A DNA stretch of 64,000 bases from Chrysomallon squamiferum. Taxonomy: Eukaryota > Animalia > Mollusca. How positions within the stretch are numbered: position 1 is the first letter of the stretch; the number at the start of each line of letters is the position of its first letter. A program made the translations under genes and the position numbers. The stretch is from positions 31,992,001-32,056,000 of the forward strand of contig CM022672.1 of the NCBI GenBank assembly GCA_012295275.1, written 5' to 3'. This document shows, piece by piece, positions 1-14,232 of this stretch. The notes under the pieces were generated by a model, which was given only the letters and a program-made list of their open reading frames with translations, was not told where the DNA came from and did no database searches.

Positions 1-120
1 CTATAGATCAGTTGTAGTGGTAGTAGTAGAAAGAGTAGTAAAACAGTAGCAGTAGTAGTAGCAATAGTAGGAATAGTAATAATAAAAATGATAATAGTAG
101 TAGTAGTAGCAGTAGTAGTT

Positions 121-172
<52 letters not shown>

Positions 173-739
173 CAGTAGTAGTAGTAGTAATAGTAGTAAT
201 AATAACAATAATATTGATGATAGTAGTAGTAGTTGTAAAAATGAAACAATGAAAAAAGGTCCAAAAAGAAAGAAAGAACAAAAACAACAACAACAAAAAA
301 AAAAAAAAAAAAAAAAAAATAAAATAAATTAAAATAAAGTAAATTCACCAGCTGTTTTATGACTTATTTGTATTTCATATTTACTTACTTCTTTGTATTT
401 ACACGTCTACAAATACAAACTATTAGAATTTTGTCACCTGCCTACTCACTTATTTTGTTCTAACAGTCAAACGCTATGATTTCATCCTCGTTTTTTTTTT
501 TTTTTTTTTTTTTTTTCATCTTTCTCCTTCTTCGCACTGTCTGTACTGACATATGTTCTTAATAAGCAAGGTAAACCGCAGACACGTCAGTTTATTGTTC
601 CAAGGACACGCGGTTCTAAAGACAAATTCTGCTACTACATTAGACTGAACTTACAAACACGAGTAGAGACCCGGCATTAATCTGCAAGACGTGTGTGAAT
701 GTAGCGCGGAGTCGACACCGGGAGACATGGAATTTCAGT

Positions 740-1066
740 TCAGTGTGGCTGATGGTTTCAGTCACAGAGTGAACGCCGTGTAGGAGTTTAACAGTCGCAG
801 AGAATAAATACATCGACAGGCGTACTGACTCTACTGAACAACGAGCGGCTTGAATACCTGAAACTCATAATCATCGAGACTATGAAGAAGGGGGAGTCAA
901 ACCCCCTCCAAAATGAGCCAACACAGACATGAATTTTAGGGCAAAACTGTGTTTTTAATCGGTGCAAAATTTATCTGACAAACAAGGGAATGCAACCCAG
1001 TTACTTGTGTTTTTATTCTGTGTAAAGAAACCCGTATATTCCAACCCCTCTACCGCAGCCCACTGG
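740..1066 (+). mobile_element. Possible 3' end of a degenerate hAT element
   Basis: NNERLEYLKLIIIE (~838-880) resembles the end of the hATC domain; a GC-rich subterminus ends in CCCACTG. Confidence 0.35.
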
Positions 1067-2403
1067 TCAAAAAGAACTCATACACCCACGTTTATAATGA
1101 ATGATATAACATGTGTATTAAATACATAATACATTATTACTCGAAGAGAACCCATACACACACTTTCGTAATGAATGATATAATGTATTTAATACATAAT
1201 ATATTATACTAATTATCAAATGTAATCCTTACGCTGGCGTTCATAATGAATAATATATAATACATTTTAAATACATAATAATATAGACATTAAAAATATC
1301 ATATTTTCAGATTGAGTTTATATATATAAAATAAATATTTATAGCCTTTACCCAAATTATTATTATTATTATTAGTAGTAGTAGTAGTAGTAGTAGTAAT
1401 AGTAGTAGTAGTAGTAGTACAAATAGTAGTTATAGTAGTAGTACTAATAGTAGTTATAGTAATTGAAGTACCAGTAGTAGTAGTTGTAGAAATAGTAGTA
1501 GTAGTGTATTATACATTATTTTAACGTTTCTATCACAAATATAAAAACACATCATCATTATCGACATAATTATATTACTAGTACTTTATTATTATTACTA
1601 TTTATTTAGTTAGTTAGTAGCAGTAGTAGTAGTAGTAGTAGTAGTTGTTGTTGTTGTTGTTGTTGTATTATTATTAGTAGTAGTAGCATAAATGTGTTAA
1701 TCGGGTTAAGATTGCAATATAAAAATTCTAAATTAATGTCAGTTTCGTAATATATTCTTTAAAAAAAAAAAAAAAAAAAAAGTATTTAGGCGTATAGAAG
1801 AATTACCAGTATTATTATTATATATAACTTAGCATAACGAGTTTTAACTGTTAACGTGGAACTGGGAAAAATTAAACGCTTATCTGATTATGTGTCATCT
1901 GCTACAGCAGTATTTTCACAAGATTCAGCGTTTCTATCCGTCTCGTGCGTCTCACGCGCTTTGAGTCACTATGGCAATAGCTGAGTGACGGAGGCGATAG
2001 AAGTGGGAGGAGCTAATATTTGTCAGAAATGTTGGCGGTTTATCTCTACGGCGGAACCCAGATAGGGAGGAAACTGGTAATGGGGGGTGACTAACGTCCG
2101 CACAAAAATTTGTAGGGCAGCCCCCTCAGAAAGAGTTAATTTCTATCCTGTATATTTAATATTCTCAATTCGCCACCAAAATAAACCAAAATATGTATTG
2201 ACAAAATATATATATATATATACGTATGTATTGACAAGAATATATGTAGCTACTTATATACTGAACTGAAAGCGATATAAACACACATATATCGAGAATT
2301 ACAAAGATAGTTTCACTAACATGTAGAACTGTCTACAGTTAAACTAAATATAGATGTAGACAAGTCTGTTAAACTGGTTAACACTGAATCAGATACAGAT
2401 AGC

Positions 2404-2536
<133 letters not shown>

Positions 2537-3374
2537 ACTAAATTTAGAAGTAGACAAGTTTGTTAAGCTGATAACTCCAAATTTTATAGGTTCTATGATT
2601 CTGCTATTTCTGTATAATTGATTGATTAGTTAATGACTTTTCAATGAGCAAATCGTCGAGCACACATTCATTCATTCATACATACATACATAGATATATA
2701 CCTAAATATACTCACACGCAGACATACTCATACATACGAGGGATTAGAGCATGTATTTATATTTATATATGCACTTAAGACCTGGCTCTAACTAACTTCT
2801 GACGACACATACAGAAATGGAATATTCAACTTGCCAGTCCCATGTTTCCAGGAAAACACAGATGCACACAGAAATAACGAAAGTCAAAATACAGCGTGCT
2901 TTGTGGGAAGCGGTGATTACCATCAGTTACTGGGCAATCTTTTCAAGGTTGTCTTCATGGCCGGACGGTGACGTTGTCAGCGGTATCTGACGGGGTTTGT
3001 GAGGTCGTGATTGGACTTTGTCTTCCTGTGGTAGCGCCGTACTATTATCAAAAGTCTAATGAAACGTACATAAAAAATACTCAATCCTAAATTAACACAC
3101 ACAGAGAGACAGACACACAGACATCAACACATACAATTGCGAGGCTACATTTAAAAGTAGATTCGTGAGCTCTGATTATCCAGATCTCCACCTTCCATCT
3201 GAGTTTGTTATTATTTTTTTTTCTAAACTAACCTTTCATAAGTATGAAGTACAAGAGCAATATAACATATCGGTGTATATAATATACACTTTATTTTGTT
3301 TCAACAGTTTACTAAGATAGATCATGATCATACAGTGTAATTCCTATTAGTAAATAAATAATAATCATAATCAT

Positions 3375-3412
<38 letters not shown>

Positions 3413-3419
3413 AAACAAC

Positions 3420-3456
<37 letters not shown>

Positions 3457-3769
3457 TTATTTAATGTTATTTAATGATCACCATTCACAGTAAATGTCGA
3501 GTAACAAACACTTCGTGTTTCACAGTCTTCATTTAGAAGACAACAAAAGTGTTTACTGATACAGAGGGAGATAATTCCTATATCACTTGCATAGAGAGAA
3601 AACTTGAGTTATTTCCCTTTAGCGTTTCGAATTTATTCTTAATTAATTGTATATTTTGAATAAAAGCTTTTGATACAACATCGATTAATTATTAAAAAAA
3701 ACAACAACAACATATTCGTACTTTGGAGTTTCAAATCAAACATGGATATCAACCTTTTCTAATAAACAG

Positions 3770-4940
3770 GAATCGTGTTTATATATATAAATTACTAAAC
3801 GCTTAAAACGTGACACAGGATATAGACAAGGGGATCTGTTATTTCACTGCGTTTTCATTTTGTGTGTTGAGAGTCTTGGAATCTTGGTAAGAAATAAGTA
3901 ACATATATATATATATATATTATACGGGATTGAGATAAACGGCAATGAATTCAAAATTTCACAGTTCGCCGACGACACAGTATTGCTATTAGGTTGGTGT
4001 GATAAAACTCTGTGAGCATCTGTGGAAACAAAATATTTGATCGATGTATCTGGTCTTAAAGTTAATGCGTATCAAACAAATATAATAAACTTAGGGAAAG
4101 ACCAAATTAATCATAAAAAAAAAATCTGATCAAAACAAAAATTAAAATGGACTACAGAATTCACAATACTTGGGGTACGGTTTTCCACGGATCTGTATCA
4201 AATACAAGAATTAAACTTTAATGCAAAGTTGAAAGAGGTTAAAAGGCTGCTTGAACAATGGTCAAAATGTTCTTAGTGTCCTCTAAGAAAAATTACTGCA
4301 ATAAAAAGTTTAGTTTTATCGAAAATTGTTTATTTTTTTCTTCACTGCCAAATCCAACAAACTATTTTTTTAAAATATTAGAAACCTATTTCTTTCAGTT
4401 TATTTGGAATAAAAAACCTGATAAAATAGCTAGAAAAAAACAAACACCCGCTGCCCCATTATTTGACTATTATCAAAATGGTTGTTTAAGAGCAATAATT
4501 GTTAAGTTACTTTTTAATGCGTTAAAGATATCGTGGATTAAAGACATAAATTTTAGCCAAGACATTGCCTCTCTTTTGAGTAACTGTTTATAATCAAAAG
4601 CTTCAATGACATTAGTTTTAGGGTCAGCCTACAGTGAAGCAAAATTGTTGAAACGCACAAATTCCTTTTGGAAAAATGTTTTACACATATGGTCAAACTT
4701 TCTAGAGAAATGTGAAAGCAGAAGGGACAAGATAAAAATACTACGTCAACAGATATAATATAATGTTCGCATTAAAACTGATAATAAATCAGCTTATTAT
4801 AAGACAGTGGCAAAGAAAGGAATTTTATTTTTAAAAGCTCTTTTTGCTAACGACAACTGGATTTAATGCATTCCATTTTGTAGAAAAGAAAATATAACTT
4901 AAGACCACAATTTTATATTTATAGTGTCTTGTTGCTAGCT
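3770..4940 (+). mobile_element. Degenerate L1/Tx1-clade LINE ORF2 (reverse transcriptase C-terminal half)
   Basis: GYRQGDLL..FILCVESL (~3819), KISQFADDTVLLL (~3953, YADD box), KITAIKSLVLSK, FQFIWNKKPDKIAR and ALKISWIK; many frameshifts. Confidence 0.85.
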
Positions 4941-4944
4941 ATTA

Positions 4945-4981
<37 letters not shown>

Positions 4982-5317
4982 CATAAATTTGGTATAGAGT
5001 TCTGTAACAAATGGTGGGAAGCTAACTACAAACACCGAGCTTAGATACTTTCAGTACAAGAATTTATGATTTGTCTTAATAACAAACATTTGGTATTATA
5101 TCGTATAAAAAGATTCAGTTAAATGTGAATTTTGTAATATGTTTAGTGAAAATGTAATACGCATGTTCTCGTTATGATCTATTTTTCTATTTTGTTTTTT
5201 TATGTTTCTTACAATAATATATACTTTTATTTATGTGATCAAATATTTTTTATGTCTAAAACATGTTAATTTATTTATATGAACAAATACCTCTAAAACA
5301 TGTTAATTCTTCTTCTT

Positions 5318-5385
<68 letters not shown>

Positions 5386-6412
5386 CATCATTATTATTAT
5401 TATTGTGTTGTTTTGTTTTGGTTTTACTAATGTTGTGGAGACTTCTGTATTTTAACACATTAATTTACTTTTACTTTTTTATTAGTTTGTTTTAGCTGTA
5501 TTATATATAATACTGTATCATTTGTAGTCAAATAAAAGAAAAGAAAAATAGAAAGAAAATTAAATAAATAAATAAAAAATACCAACATATAAATTAAAAA
5601 AAAAAAAAATAAATAAAACAAATAAATAAATAAATAAACAAACAATATTACCACAATGATGAGTATAAGTGTTAGTATTTGAACAAAGCTATTTTTGTTA
5701 TACTAAATATAATAAAGGTAGTATTTGTCACACCTGTGTTTAGATCGCTCTGACTCACAACACATACAAATAAAGGAGTGTCCCATGTATTCTGATTCAC
5801 CATTACATTGCATATTTCACGATCATAGTATAACGTTTCTTGTCGCCAATACAACTGACACGCTATTTTGATCTGACCTACATAACAGACACTTGTTAAC
5901 GATAACTTTTTCATCAATATATTGACTGAAAATAAAGCTAAATATTTTACAGAAAAAATTAGTAATGACAAATTATATATTTTTTTTTTTTTTTTTTTTT
6001 TTTGTTTGACAAATTGTTTGCAATAAAACATTTGTATGTATCTACCACCACACGTGGCGTGACTTGTACGATATCTGATTTCAATCACGTGCTTATCAGC
6101 AGACGACTTAGTAAACAGCGACACACAGAAAATATTTCAGTGACCTTGTCAAGCAGAAAGGAGTCAGTTCTAGGAAAACCACTCACAAGCAAGAAGCATT
6201 ATTCAGAAGTAGTCGGCCATTTTGAAATTTGAAGGTATTTTGTATTTTATTGTCATTTAATATATGCTGTACTATTGCTTTGCTTAAAACAAATCAGACA
6301 TATAGAAATTGTTATCTATTTTGTGAAGGCTATACATTTTTTGTGTGAATTTTGTTAAAGGCTTTTTTTTCGTACCTAGCATACAGATTTATAAGAAATA
6401 TCGATAAAATAT

Positions 6413-6468
<56 letters not shown>

Positions 6469-6800
6469 TCAATCGTCTTTATAATAATTATTATTATTAC
6501 ATTAATAATAGTAGTAGTAGTAGTAATAATAGTATCACCTAAATATAGTTCAATGATTCATTTATTACTTATGCTATATATTTATCGATCTGATTACTTT
6601 ATATTACTTTATTTCATTTTATTTATTTATTTATTTATTTATATATTTATCTATACATCCCTGATCTCAGTGATCAATAGCAGAGTTGTTAAACGGAAAT
6701 TACTCGTTTCTAAGAAATTATCGATCAGGAAGTTTTTCAGGTAGGTATGTACTTTAAAACTACAAAGTATTTTATATTGTTCTTATTTTATTTATTTATT

Positions 6801-6869
<69 letters not shown>

Positions 6870-7026
6870 TATTTTCTTATTTATTTCTTTGCATGTGTTT
6901 CGTTCAGTCTTTCTTTCTTCCTTTCTTCATTCGTTCCTTCCTTGTTTATCTAACATTCATTTTGGTCTATCACCGATGCTAACCAATATATAAAATGTTT
7001 TTGCATCTTGTTTTCATCTAAAATGG

Positions 7027-7070
<44 letters not shown>

Positions 7071-7242
7071 ATAAACATTATTGCTGCTATGGATATACAT
7101 GTAACAAACAGCGTTATAGCGTGAGGCTTTTTAAACATGAAAAAATATGTGCTAGACCCGACTATAAAATGTTTCTTACCATCTGGTGTATGGAAGGTGT
7201 AACTAGAGGATGTGATAATATTATCTCATATAATTTTATTAC

Positions 7243-7310
<68 letters not shown>

Positions 7311-7686
7311 TTGTTATTATTTTGTTTTGTTGGTTGTCTTTATCGTCTTTATTGAAATTGTTTATCTTCTCACAATGCTGACAAATGTAAATAATTTCTT
7401 ATTTTCACGGGTTATTTCTACACTTATGGACAGATAGTGTATTAACAATGAATTTGTCAGATCGCTGTAAATAACACCCGAGTATACCTTTGTGTGTCTC
7501 GTGTACCAGTAACACGATATTTTTACATGACCTACATAACAAGCAAACAGTCAGTGTTAGATTACATTCACATACTGGTCATGCAAGTTTCGTCAGAGAA
7601 ATAAAACATGTACATATTTCTTATTATTGTTGCTGTTGATGTTGTTGCTGCTGCTGCTGTTATTGTTGTTGTTGTTGTTGTTGTTA

Positions 7687-7730
<44 letters not shown>

Positions 7731-7871
7731 TACCTTTATAACTGACGTATAAACAATGCAGTCTAGTAGTACTTAATCTACTGAATTAGAATTAAAGTTA
7801 TCTGTTGTAAAGAAGATGTATGTAAGATGAGTATACAAATATCTCGTAAAACGATTTGTTTATTTTAATCT

Positions 7872-8014
7872 GAGACTGAAACCTAACAAAATGACACTTT
7901 GTGACGTCTAAGAAGATATTTGACGTCAGTCGCGTGTTTATCAGTGGAGGGTTTGATAACTAAAAGTTTACAAAGCAGAAGTGAAACTAGTCAGCCCATA
8001 TTGAAAGTGTATGA
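7872..8014 (+). promoter_or_regulatory. Candidate promoter/first exon of BTB copy 1 with CRE and IRF-element-like sites
   Basis: GAGACTGAAACC (7872), TGACGTCA (7921), AGAAGTGAAACT (7977), donor GTATGA (8009); conserved at 59405-59545. The ATG lies 7 nt after an AG acceptor (9308; 60900), so upstream non-coding exons are expected. Confidence 0.45.
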
Positions 8015-8217
8015 TATTTTATATTTTATTATGTTTGAACGATTCCGGTGTTCTTAATTTATTACTAAATATATCAGAGTTAGTTCTTCAACAAATAGAT
8101 TATTTAAGTGTGAGTTTTCTTTAAACTTAAATGAAAGATTACGTATAACATGACTTTACTAAAGTCTTTAGTATGATATTACTACTACTACTACTACTAC
8201 TACTACTTGCCCTACCC

Positions 8218-8249
<32 letters not shown>

Positions 8250-9039
8250 TTTTTATTGACGTCTTTTTGCTTTATATTTTATTTTTTTTTATTTTTTTTT
8301 TTTTATTCATTTATTCTTAGATCGGTTATATCTGTGATCTACAGTTGAGTCGATAGAGAGAAAATAGTCGCTTATAAGAAATTGTCGATCAGGAAGTTGA
8401 AATTAAAGGTATTTTGTATTGTTTTCTATTTAAAAAAAACATCACATCTTGTTCCTTTATTTTTCTTACTTATTATTCTCTTTTCTTATATAGTGTTTCT
8501 TTTTAGATTTGTTATTGACGGTTAATTATGTTGTTTTTTCGAGGAGTAAAATGGTGTATAAATCACTATATGTACATTGCGATTTGAAAATCGTTTGTGC
8601 CGCAGTGAAATATTCCTTACCTGACTGTGACCAGACATGTCTGTGTATAATAATAATAATTATAATAACAATTATTGTTGTTGTCGTCATCATCATAATC
8701 ACTAATGTAAGCATAATGTACTTCTTTCTATCTTTTATCGATTCGGTATATATTTATCTGATTTTTTTTTTTCTTTCTTTCATTATTTTTTATTTATTTG
8801 TTTATTTTTAGATCTCTGATCGCAGTATTGAACAGTACAGGCTTTAAACAGAAAGTAGTCCCTTATTAGAAATTATCTTAGGTTAATTATTTCTTTACAT
8901 AAAAATGTTTGTTTGAAAGATTTCCGTGTACAGGTCATAGCTAGATATAAATATAGAAACCTGGTCACTGCAGTGCGAGGCGCTGCAACAGAACTCTGAC
9001 CTGTACACAGAAACATGTTAAAATTATATTTAGTATGAG

Positions 9040-9087
<48 letters not shown>

Positions 9088-9131
9088 TATTATTATTATT
9101 ATTATTATTAATTATTATTATTATTATTATA

Positions 9132-9176
<45 letters not shown>

Positions 9177-9201
9177 TGTTATTATTTCTTTATTATTATT
9201 A

Positions 9202-9289
<88 letters not shown>

Positions 9290-9315
9290 TTATTATTATT
9301 TATTTTAGTGAAAAC

Positions 9316-9578
9316 ATGGCCACCGCAGCAGAAGTTTCAAGTTGGCAGACTGGGAAAAAACTGACGGAATGTATTGAACACGTTTTTCGTACGAGAACAG
9401 ACAGCGACGTCAGATTTGTTGTTGGGGAAGAAAAAAAAACTGTGGATGCACATCGCTTCATCCTTATGATACGAAGCGAAGTCTTCCACAGGATGCTGAT
9501 GGGAGAACTTCGCGAACAAAACAGCATCCTGTTGCCTGATGTGCAGGCAGATATTTTCACAGAGTTTTTAAAGTATGT

Positions 9579-9648
<70 letters not shown>

Positions 9649-10889
9649 CACACACACACACACACACACACAGCGACACAGGTACGAACATAGTGAGTAA
9701 CGAAACATACAAACCGACACGAACGTTGATAACAATACAGTTTTTGTTAGTAATCTAATTATTTTCTAATTAATTAATCTCCCATAATTATCTCTCGTTT
9801 TGAAGTCTTACTATACATTCTTTTACACAGATATCTTTATACGGATGACGTCGTCCTAACAGGCCACAACGTCACCGGTCTGCTGTATCTATCGAGGAAG
9901 TACATCGTCACGACACTGGAAGATCAGTGCGTGCGCTATTTGGAGTCGTCGTTGTCGTCACAGAATGCGTGCGTCGTGCTGGAACAAGCTCACCTGTTTG
10001 ATGAACATGATCTAAGAAAAAAAACTCTGGACTTCATTTTGGAAAATGGCGACGAAGTTCTGAAGTCGGATGAAGTCACCGATCTTTGTCACGAATGTCT
10101 GGTTGAGATCGTACGATCAGACGAACTGACAGCAGACGAGAAAAATGTTTTCGAAGCCGCTGTGAAGTGGGCTGACAGCGCGTGTAAGAAGCAAGGAAGA
10201 CAGACGAATGGACAGAACATGCGCGAGGCACTGGGAGAGGCCGTGAAGCACGTGCGTTATCCATTACTCGATCAGACGTATTTTGTAGAACACGTGACAC
10301 CCACTAACATACTCAGTGACACAGAACAAAACAAGATTTTTAAAAACTTGGTGAAGAGTGATGAAGATGTTTCACCTTTTAACTCAAACATGAGAACTGC
10401 AGTGATTCGTAAAACACAGATTACAATAAACAGGTTTGGTGGAACATGGTTCTGTTACTGGACATGTTCTGGTGAAATATGATGAATCCATTACTTTCTC
10501 TGTCAACAAAAACGCTTTACTTCGCGGATTTCAGTTGTACGGTCACCGTCAACCACGAAACTACGACGTCAGCGCCTTCGTCACTGACACAAGAACAGAC
10601 GAAATACTGGACGGGTCTACGCTGACACAGAGATATGAACACGTCGTGTCTGACGTGTATGACGTCGTGTTCAGACGTCCAGTGAAGATTACTAAAGACA
10701 CTGAGTACAGCTTGTTTGTTAATGTTAAGGGAGACAACTCATTGTGTGGACTTTGAAGGTAAATCAGAAATTGTTGTAGACTCTTTTGTTTGTAGATTTT
10801 CTGACTCACACAAATCTAAACACAGTCACAGAAAACTTGTTACATATGTGGACATAGGACAAATACCTGCTTTGTTATTTTTAGTGTAA
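9316..10889 (+). pseudogene. BTB-BACK-PHR gene copy 1, frameshifted (exons 9316-9572, 9831-10889); could encode a ~302-aa BTB-BACK-only protein
   Basis: Near-identical to copy 3 with the same intron. A 2-nt deletion near 10479 (ATA TGA vs ATA TTT GAT in copy 2) gives TGA 10480-10482. An extra C at 10751 is a second frameshift. The ancestral stop TAA follows GQIPALLFLV at 10887-10889. Confidence 0.88.
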
Positions 10890-11660
10890 AAAACAACATC
10901 GTTCAAACACTGTCACTTTTAGTCATCACTGGCCTAATATTTTTATTTTTTTTATTTATTTGTTTTTTTATTGATTTATTGATTTGTTTTGTTTTTACGT
11001 TTTTTGATGACGTCAGACAGCAGTGATGACGTCATAGACACTTGATTTGATTTGACGTTTTTTAATGGACTGATTTGTGTCAAACAGATACTGTGAAAAA
11101 TGTATATTAACATCTCATTGCTTTATCATTTATTTATTTATTTATTTATTTTTTATTGTTTAAGTATATCTAATGTTTTTAGTTTGTATATAAAACTTAA
11201 TATTTTTAACTATTTCTTGCTTCATTTGTACTTTTTTTATTTCGGTTTAAAATGTGTATAAAATAAAATGTAGATAAATTATATATGTACTTATTGACTG
11301 TTGGACATGAAATACAAGAACTGTTATTTGATTTATTTATGAATTTTCTTTTATTCAGATTTATATTAAATATGTAAGTAAATTAGATTATGTTTCAAAT
11401 TTACTGTTTGTTTGTTTATGTATGGGATGTATATAAAGAAAATGCAAATAAATTTGTTTTTGTATCATGAATTCTTACATCGTTTATGTTTGGATTTAGT
11501 GTTTAGAATATAAACAGAAAAATGATATAGACATAAAAATCAAGTTTTATTACTTAGTTTCTGTAATATTTTTCTTTTCTGCATACAGCGTGTAATACAT
11601 AAAGATGTTGTGAGACAGGATTCCAGAGCAGATCCTATATCTACTGTGTACTTGATCTGC

Positions 11661-11791
<131 letters not shown>

Positions 11792-12325
11792 AAAAAAAAC
11801 AAAATATACTTTATAAAAAGAGTTATGAAAATAGTGAGAAATTCCCAGGCTAACTTTAATATATTATAAACAAAACTTTGAAAAATCCGGAGCTCTCTAC
11901 TTCGGATGTCTGGTGTAAATTCCAGAATAAAGTACATTTCATAAAGGTCATTTCATAAACAGTGACAACAATTAGCACGTAATTAGACTACCGCGTGGAC
12001 AAAATGAAATGATCGCAACTTTGTGAAATCTTAATAAAAATGAATGATAAACAATGATGCCAAGCTTCTTGTAATCACTATACGCGGTATCCTCCCAACA
12101 GTCACATGGTCAGAAAAGTCATACAATTTGGAAAGCAGTCAAGCAGTAAGTAAGCTGGGCACCCCTGTGTGGAGAATGATCAACTAGTCTTGGCTGTGTC
12201 TCACTGCTAACTGTTGTAATCACAACTCCGGTGGGAAGCTGATTAAGTGTGCATCAAACCTTGACCTGTGTTGTTATGAGCTGTATGACAAATAAGCCTA
12301 TGACTAATGGGAGGTAACCCTATAC

Positions 12326-12618
12326 CACTGGTTTTCAACCTTTTTCATACCGCGACGACTTATGAGCAACTCAATATGACCGAAAATCCCTTTTAAAATT
12401 TTTGATTCAATATTATGTAGGGTTACCATATTTTCATCAAGCAAAGACAGTACAAAAGGAATCTATATTCACTATGACGGGTCCCAAACCTATCTACTCG
12501 TTTTTATTTATTTCTCCTTCCAAGTCAAGTTGTACAAAGCTAACACATACCCTACCTGAAGAACGATCTCACAATCCCCAGAAAAAAAGTCTGGCGACCC
12601 CCAGGTTGAAAACCTATG
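12326..12618. mobile_element. hAT/Charlie-type MITE
   Basis: TIRs CACTGGTTTTCAACCT and AGGTTGAAAACCTATG, flanked by an imperfect 8-bp TSD CCCTATAC / CCCTTCAC. Confidence 0.75.
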
Positions 12619-13434
12619 CCCTTCACGCAGCTAAATGAACAAGATCATTATTAGTGTGATACCTAAGTGAATTCACTCATTTAAATTAAGAGTCAACAGC
12701 AGATGTCTAAATAAATACGTATGACGCATATTTTGCTTTGTTTTATTGAATTCATCGGAAAGCGATCTAAAAAACTGAAGTCCGCTGACTGATCGCAGAA
12801 TGTGTTCAGGAGACCGTTGGACAAAATGGAGGCAAGATGTATCGATATTCAACTTTCAAGTGATCTGTTTCAAATAATAAATAAATAAATAAAAAGAAGG
12901 CGACTAGACTTTGCCGCGGGTTTGTACTAAGACCCTGGCAATGCAATCTGAAATATGAAGACAGGAAATATTTGACATTATAAAACTTAGTGACCATTAC
13001 CAACAGTTGTACGAAAGTAATATGTCGGCAAAGAGTAACGACCGACAAATTCAAAAATCTGAATAGACTGATGATACACACAATGACCCAGTGACCGAAA
13101 TTTCTTACACTGATGTTCTGAAAATGATAAAACAAATTAAATATTTCGTTGCTGCTACCGACAGCAGATTTTGCAGTCGATGTTAAACATGGAGGCCATG
13201 ACAGAGAAGTTTGTTTTGGAGAGAAACAAGAAAAAAATAAACAAATAAATAAATAAATAAAGTAGAAGAAAAAAACGCAGTTGTCTATGACAGACTGTTT
13301 CTCAGATGACACTTGATAGATGCTTAACAATAACACTAGAAATAAAATATATTTCGTGTCATTTTAATTTGTGTAAGCCGGCACTGTGTCTAAAACGGCA
13401 CCTATGATTGGTCCCAAATGAATCAGGGTCCACT

Positions 13435-13518
<84 letters not shown>

Positions 13519-13794
13519 CAATGCGCATTGTCTGTCTAGCACATAAATACATGTATTTATACTTTCTTAAACATTTATATACGATCACACACATATCTAA
13601 ATGTCTTTCATAAACACACACACACACATACATACACACACACACATACACACACACACACACACACATATATATCATCATCTGTCTATCTACCTATCTC
13701 TGTATCTATGTATGTATGTTTGTATGTGATCTAGTATGTATATATATGTATGTATATATGTGTGTGTGTGTGTGTGTGTATATATGTGTGTATG

Positions 13795-13834
<40 letters not shown>

Positions 13835-14183
13835 GAGAGAGAGAGAGAGAGATATAGATACACACATCTAATCACTCATATATACTCTTTCTAAAGCATA
13901 CATACATACGTAGTTCATACATACATACATAAAAAGCATACATACAAAAACACCCACAAAGTAAGTTGATACACTTGTAGTTGTCAATGTTTCTAGTATT
14001 CAAACTAAGTATGTTGATAAACTTGTAGTGAGAGTGTTTCTAGTAGTAGCACATTAAGTATTTTGATAAACTGATAGTTACATACATGTTGGTGAACCTT
14101 AAGATCATAATGTTATTGAATTAATAGTATTTTGAAATGTATTATTTTTATAATTTTATTTTATTATTATTTTTTTATTATTA

Positions 14184-14232
<49 letters not shown>

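Noticed and set aside
2915-3035. GC-rich minus-strand exon-like segment with a donor
   Set aside because: In-frame stops and no recognisable homology or partner exons.
10440-10760. Programmed frameshifting or readthrough restoring copy 1
   Set aside because: Two separate indels, no slippery heptamer, and a different lesion in copy 2; ordinary mutation is simpler.
10076-10809. Antisense ORFs over the BTB exon (also 50816, 51332, 61644, 62131)
   Set aside because: Shadow frames of the real coding exon; their conservation is explained by duplication.
12806-13336. 176-aa ORF duplicated at 48356-48793
   Set aside because: No recognisable domain, includes ATTT repeats, and has different starts; the duplication is just the palindrome.
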